From assembly GCA_031371785.1 (NCBI GenBank), contig JANMKC010000018.1, positions 4,266-68,265 on the forward strand: a DNA stretch of 64,000 nucleotides, in the 5' to 3' direction. The position numbers and the translations under genes were made by a program. Below the pieces are notes generated by a model, which did no database searches, was not told where the DNA came from, and worked only from the letters and a program-made list of their open reading frames with translations. Source of the DNA: Flavobacteriales bacterium (lineage in GTDB: Bacteria; Bacteroidota; Bacteroidia; Flavobacteriales_F; PHOS-HE28). Below, in pieces: positions 8,901 to 18,100 of this stretch. Numbering within the stretch: the first letter of the stretch is position 1; each line of letters begins with the position of its first letter.

Positions 8901-10896
8901 ACGCGGTACCGCTGATGGATCCACAGATCGCGCTGAGCGAGCAGCCTTGCACGGAAGACCAGAGCGCAGTGAGCGAGCCATCGAACGGATCGTAAGCCGC
9001 GACCCGTTCGGCGCGAGCGGTGAGCGTGTTGTTCTCGCCGGAGCAAAGGGCGCTGTCCGATGCGGTCACGCTGATCCCGACCAGGTCGCTCGCGTCCACG
9101 TTCACGAACACGCTGTCGCTCACCTGGCCGCAGCCTACGGGACTCACGATGTCCAAGCGGTACCAAGTGTCGGTGCTCGGGTACGCGATGGGGTTCGGGA
9201 TGGTCGCGTCGCTCAATCCGGACGTCGGTGTCCAAGTGAGATCGAACACATTGGGATCGGGGGCGGGAACAGCGTTCAATTGCACGCCGTTGTATTGGCA
9301 GATGCTTCCCGATGGGAGTCCGTTCGCGGTAACATCCAACGTCGGTTGCGCAGGCACGCCGACCTGCCACTCGTAATGTTCGGGACAACCACTGACCGGC
9401 AGTTCGCCATTGAGGATGTAGGTGTCGTTCTGCTGTGGTGTGAACGTGTACGAACTGCCTGTATGGATCACCGTAGCGGGATCGCTGGCCGTTGTCCACT
9501 CGGCGTTCACAAGTACATCGGGCGAGCTGAGTGTGACCGGATCGGAACTGCAGATGATCGTTGGAGGCGGGGTCGCTGGGATCGCCACGCTGCTGATGCC
9601 GTAAGCATAGCTCTCACCCGTGCCGGTGCCGCTCGCATACGCGACGAAACCTCCGCTGGCCGTGAGCCGGTGCGTGCCGGCGGTCAATGTGATCTTCGCC
9701 ATGGACCAACCCGCGCAACCGGTGTATGTCTGGAACAGGGCCGCGTTCACGGTGGCCCCGTCGATGGCGAGTTGTGCGATGTTGGCGGTCGGCATCAGCA
9801 CGCTCAACGAATGTGCGGTGATCTGTGGCGAAACGATCGTGGCGAAGGTGGCTGCGGTGCTGCGGCGTTCATCCGGTACCAGTTCCACCATTGACGGATC
9901 GCCGTTGCCCGCGCAATTGAAACCCTCCATCAGTTCGACCACGCTGATCGGAAGGTTCGCTGTGATGCAAGTCGCCGCGGTTGCCCCGTTCACTTCGATG
10001 CGTTGGCCCGCGTTGAGGAGGATCGGTGCCCCGCCATCGACGGAAACCTGCGTACCGGCCTGATCGGCGAGGATGCGATAGGTGTAACTGGTTGTCGCGT
10101 TGAAGGTGACCGTGTGGAACGAAGTGCCCCACTGGTCCGTGGGCACCATCTCTTCGAACACGTGATCGCAAGCGGGGCAGCCCACCGGAACGTTCGCGCA
10201 CATGCTTCCGCTGAAGACGGCGAACGGGCGGCATGGCCCGCTCTGTGCGGTGCCCGCGACGGAAGTGCCCGTGACATCCAACGCGGCCAACGCGCCTTGC
10301 ATCTGGTAGGTCTCGCCCCTGTTCAACGATACATTGAACGGAACGCCTGCGGGATGTCCACCGACCGTGTTCACACTCGGTGTGATCGTGATCTGCGTTC
10401 CGTCCTGAGTGGCGACCACGACCAGTTCGCTCTTGTAGAAATCGGTGAAGCCCGGTAGTCCACGGTATGCTTCCGCGCGGTAGGTGGTACCGAGCGACTG
10501 CAGCGGCAGTACTTGCGCCGCGTCCGTGGTGAAGCTCTGGAAACTTATGGCCGTTACCGTCACGCTGTCCATACTCTGCACAAGTACACCCTTGTTCGCG
10601 ATCGCTTCGCTGCCTACATGTTCGGCGGTGTTCGGGACGATGACGGTCGTAAGCCCGTTCGCGCTCACATTGAATGGCGTGCTCCATCCCGTGAGCGGCA
10701 TGCTCACCGTGCCGGAGGTAGCATTCTGTGAAGCGATGTTCAATCGCAGGCTTTGAGCGCCATAAGCGTTCTGCAAGTAAGCCACCCAGAACTCCTTGCC
10801 GCGCGTAGCGAGCGGAGCGGTCTGTGCGAAGATCGTCGTGCCCATAACGAGGCCGACGAGAGCTGCGGAAATGCGCGGTTGTGTCGTTGTAGCCAC
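5905..10896 (-). CDS. very large secreted adhesin-like protein with a T9SS type B (gliding-motility-associated, CHU_C) C-terminal domain
   Basis: GTG start gives the signal peptide MATTTQPRISAALVGLVMGTTIFAQ; internal ~80-aa tandem repeats (...SYSWNTGAHTQSISATTGGTYSV...); C-terminus VPNTFTPNGDGINDVWYV...VFDRWGAVIF is typical of CHU_C. Confidence 0.8.
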   Translation of the reverse strand: MATTTQPRISAALVGLVMGTTIFAQTAPLATRGKEFWVAYLQNAYGAQSLRLNIASQNATSGTVSMPLTGWSTPFNVSANGLTTVIVPNTAEHVGSEAIANKGVLVQSMDSVTVTAISFQSFTTDAAQVLPLQSLGTTYRAEAYRGLPGFTDFYKSELVVVATQDGTQITITPSVNTVGGHPAGVPFNVSLNRGETYQMQGALAALDVTGTSVAGTAQSGPCRPFAVFSGSMCANVPVGCPACDHVFEEMVPTDQWGTSFHTVTFNATTSYTYRILADQAGTQVSVDGGAPILLNAGQRIEVNGATAATCITANLPISVVELMEGFNCAGNGDPSMVELVPDERRSTAATFATIVSPQITAHSLSVLMPTANIAQLAIDGATVNAALFQTYTGCAGWSMAKITLTAGTHRLTASGGFVAYASGTGTGESYAYGISSVAIPATPPPTIICSSDPVTLSSPDVLVNAEWTTASDPATVIHTGSSYTFTPQQNDTYILNGELPVSGCPEHYEWQVGVPAQPTLDVTANGLPSGSICQYNGVQLNAVPAPDPNVFDLTWTPTSGLSDATIPNPIAYPSTDTWYRLDIVSPVGCGQVSDSVFVNVDASDLVGISVTASDSALCSGENNTLTARAERVAAYDPFDGSLTALWSSVQGCSLSAICGSISGTALRFDGAGTRRALTGPLNMSTGAFLHFGLRIAAGAPPCDDAEPGDDVLIEYSPDGVAWSPITTLNEAAFPNWTNVTVAVPSAAQTTSTRFRWTQLNNSGAGTDNWALDNVMITRYDNTGISFSWSPTTGLNNSTSATPLATPLSNTTYTAVATNASGCQFSASIAINVAPAFDVVTGGNSTICTAGTPVQLQATPTSGTGVTYAWTPNNGSLNNAAIANPIATPAATTTYTVNATTDHGCTDNAQVTITVGQLQSIDVAATDPHLCQGEHSQLTATVIGGSPYSLVWTPNNSTLSSLTAPNTTATPAANTTYTATATETASGCSLSDAITIDVSPAYTIDAGNDQTLCNTNGFQLNVINNVPSPTITWTDAALLNAGNIQSPTILFDTTATYHVSVTDAFGCGVSDSVSVNDAFDTMITPITLSACADQSLVLDAEFPGSSYDWNTNETSQTIVVSTSGNYICTITDQQGCQAVKSYFVTIHPLPALELGPDTSLCGANSFVLDANSPGNGVLWSTSENTQQITVAQTNTYSVTATSAQGCHRADSVHVAFNAMPIDVLQDVTTCVSAPPTLDAGNAGCTYLWSTGAMSQSIIVQESGTYGVTVTTPQQCSTTFDANVLLLPVLVLDLGPDTTLCQGQSLLLDAGVPGLSYSWNTGAHTQSISATTGGTYSVQASNGGCSASDSITLAVIASPLDVLADHTSCIDQPVTLDAGNAGCTYLWNTNAATQQILANASGTYTVVVTNSAHCSSSFDAVITLVGYPLVDLGRDTVLCQGDILDIDAGNPGAAFSWSTGEHTQGISVAHTGTYSVQVNNGFCTGADSLFATFNPRPSRLSTHAYFTCLDEEPHYVVISGGNNGSDYDWSTGENTQVILAGAYGWYYVSITNQFDCSQQDSAVVNEFCPPSIYVPNTFTPNGDGINDVWYVVGKSIGQFEINVFDRWGAVIFHTDNPALGWDGKVNGAEAPNDVYVWRMGYKFIEKRDGTEGFEQNQMGHVTIMR

Positions 10897-11047
10897 CGAA
10901 GAGTTCGCATCCCGGAACCAACAGGCCGGGTTTGATGCGGCCCTTGCTACGGAGATCCATGGGCAAGGTTCCTCGTCGAACAGGAACTCTGGGGCGACCG
11001 GCCCGGAATTTCGGCCGACCGATGATCACCCTCTTCGTTGCCAGTGA

Positions 11048-12643
11048 TCAGCGATCCTTCACGACCCAGTCCACCACTACCTCCCACCCGGCGCGCACGT
11101 TCACTTGGTCCGCTTGCCGGAAAACGCGTTCGGGCTGGCGGTGCGCTCGCAAGGATCCTGTGGACCACCGACCATCATCATTGTTGTCCGCGATGAGTTT
11201 GAGTGTGTAAACCCCAGCGGTCGTTCCGGGCCGTTCGAAGCGGTGCGGCAACGAGGTGAACCGATCCGAGAACACCACGCCTCCTTGGGCGTTGATCAGT
11301 TGAAGGATGAAAGGCCCCTGGACCACTGTCGAGCTATCAACGGAAAGGTCCACTTTCAGATCACCGACCTGCGCGGCGGCTTGTGCGCCGAGGGCGATAC
11401 GCAGTGTGTCGTTGCCGCTTCCATAAATGTCTTGGATCGCACCGGGCAGCAGTTCGAGGGCGGCGCTGTGGCCTTCCGGCAGCTTGGCGCGCAACAGCAA
11501 TTTGCGAGGCATCAGGGTGTCGATCACCAGGTCGAAAGGAAGGGTCATTGAATCGCTCCGTAAGGTGATCCGTTCAGGATGTATCCGTGCGATGGGCCGC
11601 GTGGCAATAAGCAACTGATCACCGCTCGCGGAAATGCCCCCGCTCTTCGCATCCACATAGAACGGCATCTTCCGCAGGACCCGGTATGTGAGCGTGTCGA
11701 TCACCCCGCTGCTGTCCGAAACGGCGAAGTGCTGGTCGGCGAGCAGGGTGGTATCGGAAGGCCACAGCAGCACCGTGTCGCGTGTCGCGTTCCATTCGGG
11801 CCACCAAGTGAGCGAGCCGCCAGTGCGGTCGAGCGCGCGGAGATCGAGCCGTTCCTCATATCGTGCGAGCACTGCCCGACATCCGCGATCAGGTTGCACG
11901 ATGGCCTCGATCACTTGCTGCGTCGGAGCCGGTTCACGGAACATCCGAAGCGCCTGCGGTAGGCTGTCGCGCGGATCGATCACATCATCAATGAAGGCGA
12001 TGTCCTCGTTCGGCAGGTCGTAGCGGTAGTTCGCGTTCTGGTCGCGCAACGCATGCAAGCGATAGTGGCCGCCGCGCAAATGCCGCAGTTCGAAATGGCC
12101 AGCCTTGTCTGTGCGAGTGAAATAGGCAGGGCGTCCTGCGGTGAAGCCCAGCGGGTCGGTATCCTCGTGCAGGACCACGAGCACGCTCGCTTCGGGTTCC
12201 GCTGTGAACGCATCGCTCACGGAACCGGTCACGCGCAGGCTATCGAGCACGTCACCCGTGGACATCACATAGCTCAGCCCGGAAGCCGCGTTGCCTTCAG
12301 TAAGGTCTACCACCGCTTCGCCAATATTGAAGGTGTAGGTGGTGTTGGCACGCAGTGGCGCTTTCAATGTGATCACCACATCGCGGCCACCGCTCACGAG
12401 CACATCCGGTACGTGGTCCAGCGGGGGTGAAACGAGCAGGCGCTCACGTATGCGGTCGAGCTTCACGCGTTCGTTGAAACGCAGCACGATGCGATCACCT
12501 GTGAAGCGCACGGTCCTGTCCGGTGGATCAGCACTGAGCAGTATGGGAGCTGTGATGTCCTTCGCTCCGCCTTCCGGTTCGCGCACCTGTGCGCAGGCGG
12601 CCAACAGGCAAATACAGAGGACCGTGGCGGCCTTTCGCGTCAT
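11048..12643 (-). CDS. lipoprotein, probably with Ig-like domains (hypothetical)
   Basis: start MTRKAATVLCICLLAAC is a lipobox; the ATG overlaps the stop of the upstream GAF gene (ATGA). Confidence 0.55.
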   Translation of the reverse strand: MTRKAATVLCICLLAACAQVREPEGGAKDITAPILLSADPPDRTVRFTGDRIVLRFNERVKLDRIRERLLVSPPLDHVPDVLVSGGRDVVITLKAPLRANTTYTFNIGEAVVDLTEGNAASGLSYVMSTGDVLDSLRVTGSVSDAFTAEPEASVLVVLHEDTDPLGFTAGRPAYFTRTDKAGHFELRHLRGGHYRLHALRDQNANYRYDLPNEDIAFIDDVIDPRDSLPQALRMFREPAPTQQVIEAIVQPDRGCRAVLARYEERLDLRALDRTGGSLTWWPEWNATRDTVLLWPSDTTLLADQHFAVSDSSGVIDTLTYRVLRKMPFYVDAKSGGISASGDQLLIATRPIARIHPERITLRSDSMTLPFDLVIDTLMPRKLLLRAKLPEGHSAALELLPGAIQDIYGSGNDTLRIALGAQAAAQVGDLKVDLSVDSSTVVQGPFILQLINAQGGVVFSDRFTSLPHRFERPGTTAGVYTLKLIADNNDDGRWSTGSLRAHRQPERVFRQADQVNVRAGWEVVVDWVVKDR

Positions 12644-13128
12644 TCGAACAAGGGCTCCAGCAGGTCGCACAGGCGTTGGAGGGCATGCGCGTCCACATCG
12701 CTGAAATCATTGGGCGTGATGCTGTCGATATCGAGCACGGCGGCAATACGGCCATTGCTGTCGCGCACGGGCACCACGATCTCGCTGCGGGTCCGCGCGC
12801 TGCACGCGATGTGCCCGGGGAACTGGTCCACGTCTGGCACCACCATCACCTTCTCTTCCGCCCAAGCGGTGCCACAAACGCCTTTGCCATGCGCGATGCG
12901 GCTGCACGCCACCGGCCCTTGGAAGGGCCCCAGGACCAATTCGGCACCAAGCACGCGATAGAAGCCGACCCAGTGCCAATTGAACGCTTCGCGCAAGGCC
13001 GCGCTCATGTTCGCCATCGCGGCAATGAGGTCGCGCTCTTCCTCCAATAGCGCCATTACCTGCGGCGCAAGGGCTGAATAGATCGTTACGCGATCACCCG
13101 TGGAGGGAAGGATCAACTGCTCGGTCAT
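12640..13128 (-). CDS. GAF domain protein (free methionine-R-sulfoxide reductase-like)
   Basis: PFQGPVACSRIAHGKGVCG...VVPDVDQFPGHIACSARTRSEIVVP matches the fRMsr/YebR family. Confidence 0.8.
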   Translation of the reverse strand: MTEQLILPSTGDRVTIYSALAPQVMALLEEERDLIAAMANMSAALREAFNWHWVGFYRVLGAELVLGPFQGPVACSRIAHGKGVCGTAWAEEKVMVVPDVDQFPGHIACSARTRSEIVVPVRDSNGRIAAVLDIDSITPNDFSDVDAHALQRLCDLLEPLFE

Positions 13129-13177
13129 GGTTCTTCAACGCTGGATGTTCCGGCGACGGGGCTGCGAAAGTACCGGC

Positions 13178-13924
13178 TCACGCGCAAGCGCAGGTGAACA
13201 CGCTGAGCTTGATGCCCGGCACCGCGGACAAGGCCATCGCGCATGCTTCGATCGTTGCGCCGGTGGTGATCACGTCGTCCACGAGAAGCACATGCGCGTT
13301 CCGCAATGCATCCGGATCGGCAACGTGGAACGCCTCCTTCACATTGCTCCATCGTTCCAAGCGGCCGCGTTTGGTCTGCGTCCGGGTACTCACCACACGC
13401 AGCAGTTCATCGCCGAGGTTCTTCAACGGCCATACCTCGCGCATGCCGTCCACCAGCACTTGTGCTTGATTGAAACCGCGCTGGTGCAGCTTGCGCGGAT
13501 GCAGTGGCACAGCGAGGGCCGTATCCACATCAGCGAAGCGGCGCGAGGACATCGTTTCGCGGGCCATGCGTCGGCCGAGTTCAAGGCCCACCTCGCGATC
13601 GCCCTTGTACTTCAGCCGGTGGAGCATGTGCTGTACCATGCCGTCGCGCGCGAATTGCAACATGGCGCTCGCGGCCATGAGCGGGAGTTTGCCCCAGAAC
13701 AACTGCTCCACCTTGTTGCGCGCATCGTCGTGGAAACGCGTGAGCGGCAGATCCTCCGCACAACGCAGGCAGATACTCTCCTCGAAGCGCATCAAGGCAC
13801 CGTCGCAGGCCGCGCATCGCCGGGGCAGAAAGAGGCCAACGAAATCGTAGAGTGCGTTATGTGAGGGCTGTTCCACGGGTTCAATACTTTGTTGAAAACG
13901 GCGGTGGGGCCGAAAAGTGCCCAT
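13178..13924 (-). CDS. comF: ComF family protein (phosphoribosyltransferase domain)
   Basis: N-terminal zinc-finger-like CAACDG...CLRC; C-terminal PRTase motif VLLVDDVITTGATI; the exact start is uncertain. Confidence 0.75.
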   Translation of the reverse strand: MGTFRPHRRFQQSIEPVEQPSHNALYDFVGLFLPRRCAACDGALMRFEESICLRCAEDLPLTRFHDDARNKVEQLFWGKLPLMAASAMLQFARDGMVQHMLHRLKYKGDREVGLELGRRMARETMSSRRFADVDTALAVPLHPRKLHQRGFNQAQVLVDGMREVWPLKNLGDELLRVVSTRTQTKRGRLERWSNVKEAFHVADPDALRNAHVLLVDDVITTGATIEACAMALSAVPGIKLSVFTCACA

Positions 13925-13980
13925 CAGCGCCCAAGGTAACTTCGCCGCGCCGGTACCGCAGGGGTGCCGGAACATTCCCT

Positions 13981-14898
13981 ATGATGGACCAACCCACACC
14001 TGTTCCGCAGGAACGCAAGAACCGATCGAACGCACTGCTGCTCGCACTGGTAGTGCTGCTGCTCATCAGCAACGTCGTGCTCCTTTATCTATGGTCGCAA
14101 CGGGGCGATGAGAAGGTCGCACTGGAGAAACAGGTGACCCAGGGCACGGAGAAGACCGACAACGTTACCAAGATGCTCGAAGACATGCTCGCGCAGTACG
14201 ACACGCTGAGCACGAAGAACGAATCGTTGACCGCTGAGATGGAAGGGCAGAAGCAGCAGATCGAATCGCTGATGCAGAAGGTGAAGAACGGCCACTACGA
14301 CCTAGTGAAGGCGAAGCGGGAAGCGGAAACCCTGCGCAGCATCATGAAGGGGTACATCGTTACCATTGATTCGCTGAACCACCTGAACCAGGAACTCACC
14401 TCGGAGAACCTGAACACCAAGCAACAGCTTGGGGAAGTGACCGGGCAGAAGCAAGCGCTCGAAACACAGAGCGCCGAACAGAAAGCGATCATCGCCCGTG
14501 GATCGGTGCTGCGCAGCACCGTGATGACAGCCGGCGGGTTCTTCGAGCGTGGTAGCGGCAAGCAGGTGGACACCCAGCGGGCCAGCAAGGCCGATCAGAT
14601 CAAGTGCTGTTTCACCTTGGGCGAGAACCTCACGGCTACGGCGGGCAACAAGATCCTCTATTTGCGCATCATCAGCCCCGATGGCTCGGTGCTGCCCTCC
14701 AGTGAACCGGACAACCGGTTCAAGTTCAATGGTGTGGAAGGCGAGTTCAGCGCGAAGCGGGAAGAGGACTACCAGAACCAGCCTCTCAGTACATGCATCT
14801 ATTGGAAGGCGACCGGCAAACTGACGAGCGGGCAGTATGTGGTGGAGGTATATGAGAGCGGGGGAACCGTGGGCACCACGTCGTTCAATCTGAAATAG
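13981..14898 (+). CDS. membrane-anchored coiled-coil protein (hypothetical)
   Basis: N-terminal TM helix ALLLALVVLLLISNVVLLYLW followed by a long heptad-rich region. Confidence 0.5.
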   Translation: MMDQPTPVPQERKNRSNALLLALVVLLLISNVVLLYLWSQRGDEKVALEKQVTQGTEKTDNVTKMLEDMLAQYDTLSTKNESLTAEMEGQKQQIESLMQKVKNGHYDLVKAKREAETLRSIMKGYIVTIDSLNHLNQELTSENLNTKQQLGEVTGQKQALETQSAEQKAIIARGSVLRSTVMTAGGFFERGSGKQVDTQRASKADQIKCCFTLGENLTATAGNKILYLRIISPDGSVLPSSEPDNRFKFNGVEGEFSAKREEDYQNQPLSTCIYWKATGKLTSGQYVVEVYESGGTVGTTSFNLK

Positions 14899-15132
14899 TC
14901 CTCCTCAGAACCTGTTTTCAAAGTCCCTTCCAACGCAGCCCCGATGTACATCGGGGCGCAGAGGCAGGGTTGAAAAGGAAGATCGGGCGCGCGGAGGATC
15001 CCGACGAGTCGGGACTCTGCGTTCTCAAAAGCTCTTGTCGCGATCCAACTCTGCGTCCTTCGCGCCCCGATGTACATCGGGGCTGCGTTTGAATATGGAC
15101 CACGCCATCCACGACCTGTTGCGAACAGGTTC
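14899..15132. repeat. nested palindromic intergenic element between convergent genes
   Basis: two copies of the perfect 18-nt palindrome CCCCGATGTACATCGGGG (14939-14956, 15065-15082) in mutually inverted flanks; a central hairpin cccgac-ga-gtcggg (15000-15013); outer arms cagaacctgtt (14906-14916) / acctgtt-gcg-aacaggt (15114-15130). Confidence 0.75.
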
Positions 15133-18100
15133 TCAGAAGAACGCGCGCACCTGTACGCCTCCGACATGGATCACGGGCGTGCCTTCGCTATGCCGTCCGT
15201 TGTAGGTGAGATCCAGCTGTAAGTGATCGCTGATGCGTCGCTGTATGCTGACGCTCCATGTGGCGTTGGCACCGGGCTTCAGGCCGCCGAGCATCTCGTT
15301 CCCAAGTGAAGATGAGGCCACACCATCGTATGAGATGTTCACGATATTGGTGTTCACTTGTATGGATCCCTTGCCCGCATTGTTGTAGCGCATCTCGACA
15401 CCACTGTCACGGATCGTCGCCTTTTCACCTCCAAGCTCCAAGCGGTTCTTTTTCTCGATGTACTTGAACTGGGCCGAAATGCGGAAGCTGGTACCGGGTT
15501 GCCACGTGAGTTTGGGCCGGGTGGCTTGTTGATCGATGGCGAAGGTGCGACCGCTGAGCAGATCGCTGTTGCTGTTGCTGCGGCCTTTTTCCCCTTCCAC
15601 TTCCAGCGTCCAGTGCGGCGTGGTGTTCCAGCGCACATGCACGATGTCGCTTTCCCGCAGCCGCGTCTCGAAGCCATTGAGCAGAAGACTCTTGTTGCGA
15701 TCGCTCTGGTGGCTGTGATCGATGCTCCATGTTTGGCTGCTGCGATCATAGTACACGGTGTTGCGCAACGATCCGGTGAAAGAGGTGAGCGCGGTGTCGG
15801 CGGGATCGAGCCGGAAGGGATCCAGCGCTTCCTCCACGCGATCGGCCCCTGTTTTTCGTTCGGTACGGAAGCTGGCCATGTCGCTCCATTTCCCGAGGAA
15901 TCCCTTGACCCCCTTCGCATCGGACCATACCGCATTGGGGCGAAGTTCAGCGGATGTGCTGAGCTGGTTGTTGAAGGTGCGCACGTACTGGTTCGTTTGC
16001 GTGTAAGCGCGGATGTAGTCCGCTTCGTAGCCGAAGTTCGCCACCTCGAATTCATTGAGCTCTTTGATGCCGTTGGCGTTGTAATCGATCCACACATACG
16101 TGCCCTGCCCGGCGGGCACCTGCACATAAATGAACTCGCGCCGTTGTTCGAGCCCGCTGCCGAGCTCATAGAACACATGCCAGTTGAACGCTCCTTTCCA
16201 GAGTGTGAGATCGTGTTCGATACGTGCAAGCCACGTGTCTTCCGGTTTTTGCGACACGATCGTGGTGTCGATGATGCGCAGGCTGCGATAGGTGAAGGTG
16301 AGCCCCAACCTCCTGCGCGGATCGGAACGCAGCGCCAGATCCGCTGAGTACGTGGTGGCTTCGGTGCTGCGGGCGAGCGCCCCGCCTCTCAACGCCTGCT
16401 CGTAGCGCTGACCACCGCTCAGGCCATAGTGTGTTTTCGCCGAATCGCTGTTCTGCGCGAAGGCGGTCCAATCGAAGAACTGGTAACTCCCCGCGATGAG
16501 CGCACCGCTCGTGTCGCTGCGGAAGCGGTTGCGCTCCTGCTCATCGCGTACGCCGATGGAGATCCATTTCATGTGCCGCGCGAAGCGTGCCTTGTGCCGG
16601 AGAAAATCGCTCACTACCGAGTTCGCCGAAGTGCTGAGCGCGCTACCGTCGACCGCCACGTCGTACTTGCCAGGATGCATATCGCATTCGAGCGACTGTC
16701 GGTATCCGGTGTAGCGCTGGGAGATCCGGAAGGTGGAAGAGGACAACTTCGCCACACCGCGCTTTCCTGCTCGCAGCGCCAGGCTCAGGCTCGCGAGCAT
16801 CTGGTCATTGTCCTGCGGAACGAGCAATGCGTTCCAATTGCGTTCGAACTCCACCGGGCGGAATCGCTCCACCGGACGGAAGGTTCGCGCGATCCACTCG
16901 TTGTCCGTGCCGAGCACCAATCGCAGCGTCGTATCCGAAGTGCTCAGCGGGAAAGCCTGTTCCGCCCCCGCGCGCAACGCCACACCCTGGTTGTCGCCAT
17001 CATCCGTCGAGCTGAACGTGTTGCGATCATCATTGCTCCAGGCCAGTTGTGTCCATGCCTTCGTGCGGTCCCCGAACCGGTGGGCAGCTCCTATCTCAAT
17101 AACCTGCTGCGCGCGTGGCGGCACCAATACACGCACAGGGGCATAGTTGCCGCGATGCACGATCGCCCCCCCCACCGTATCCGGCCCCAGCCATTGGAAC
17201 ACGCGCCCGTTCGGGGTGAACTCTTGCTGGACATAATCGCCTTTGCCCGCGCCCACCACACTGAACGATACGCGGTAGTGCGCGCTGTCGGTGTTCGTGT
17301 TGTATACATAGACCGGATCGTAGCCGAGCGAATCGCGCTTCAGGTAGAGCACTTCGTCCACGCTGAACGCGACACTGTCAACACCGGGTGTGGTAGCTGC
17401 GAGCGGATCATCACCCGCCGCCGTTAGCGCGCGCTTGTCCGCATCGGAAAGTGTTTGCTGCAACGGTTGGTTCTTGCTGTCCTGTTCGGTGTACACATCG
17501 GCATGCAGTTCGGTACGGCCGAGTACCCATGCGTTGGAAAGTCGCACCAACGAGCGTGCGTAGTTCTTGTCGCTGTACTGGAACTCCACCGTGATGCGCC
17601 GGTCCTTCGTGATCAGGCGCTTGGTGGTGAAGGTGACCTCCGCCGTGTTGTAGTCGATCACGTAATCATTCTCCTGCCCACGTGACAAGAGCTGACCATC
17701 CACGAAGACGCGCTCGGTACCGCTGAGCACGATGATGAAGAGTCCACCGTCCTCGGAGTTCAACCGGTACGGGCCTTGAACGCCTTCGATCCCCTGGATG
17801 ATGTTGCGCGCGAACTTGCCTTTGCTGATCGCCGCGCTGATGGCCAGCGAACCGTGCGCGCCGTCCTCCTTTCCGAGCAACGTGGAATAACCGATGCCTT
17901 TCGTTTTTTTGAGGTACGTGAGGAAGTGGCTCTTGGGGCGTTCAAGCACGAAGTCGCCCGCGATCAGTTCCTGCCGCTCGTCATAGAGCTTGATGAACAC
18001 GCGATCGAAATCCTGCAGTTCCGCCGTATTGCCCCCCGCCTGTATCGGGATGTTGTTGTCGGTGACCGAAGCGAGCACGCTGATGTGCTCGGTGAGTTTC

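Noticed and set aside
7459-9894. 811-aa plus-strand ORF, and many other 100-400-aa ORFs, inside the giant adhesin gene
   Set aside because: All lie antisense or out of frame within the 5905-10896 CDS and have Arg/Gly/His-rich compositions. They are artefacts of high GC content.
12640-12643. ATGA start/stop overlaps (also at 24773-24776 and 39977-39980) as possible programmed frameshift sites
   Set aside because: These are ordinary 4-nt translational-coupling overlaps between adjacent genes, not frameshift signals
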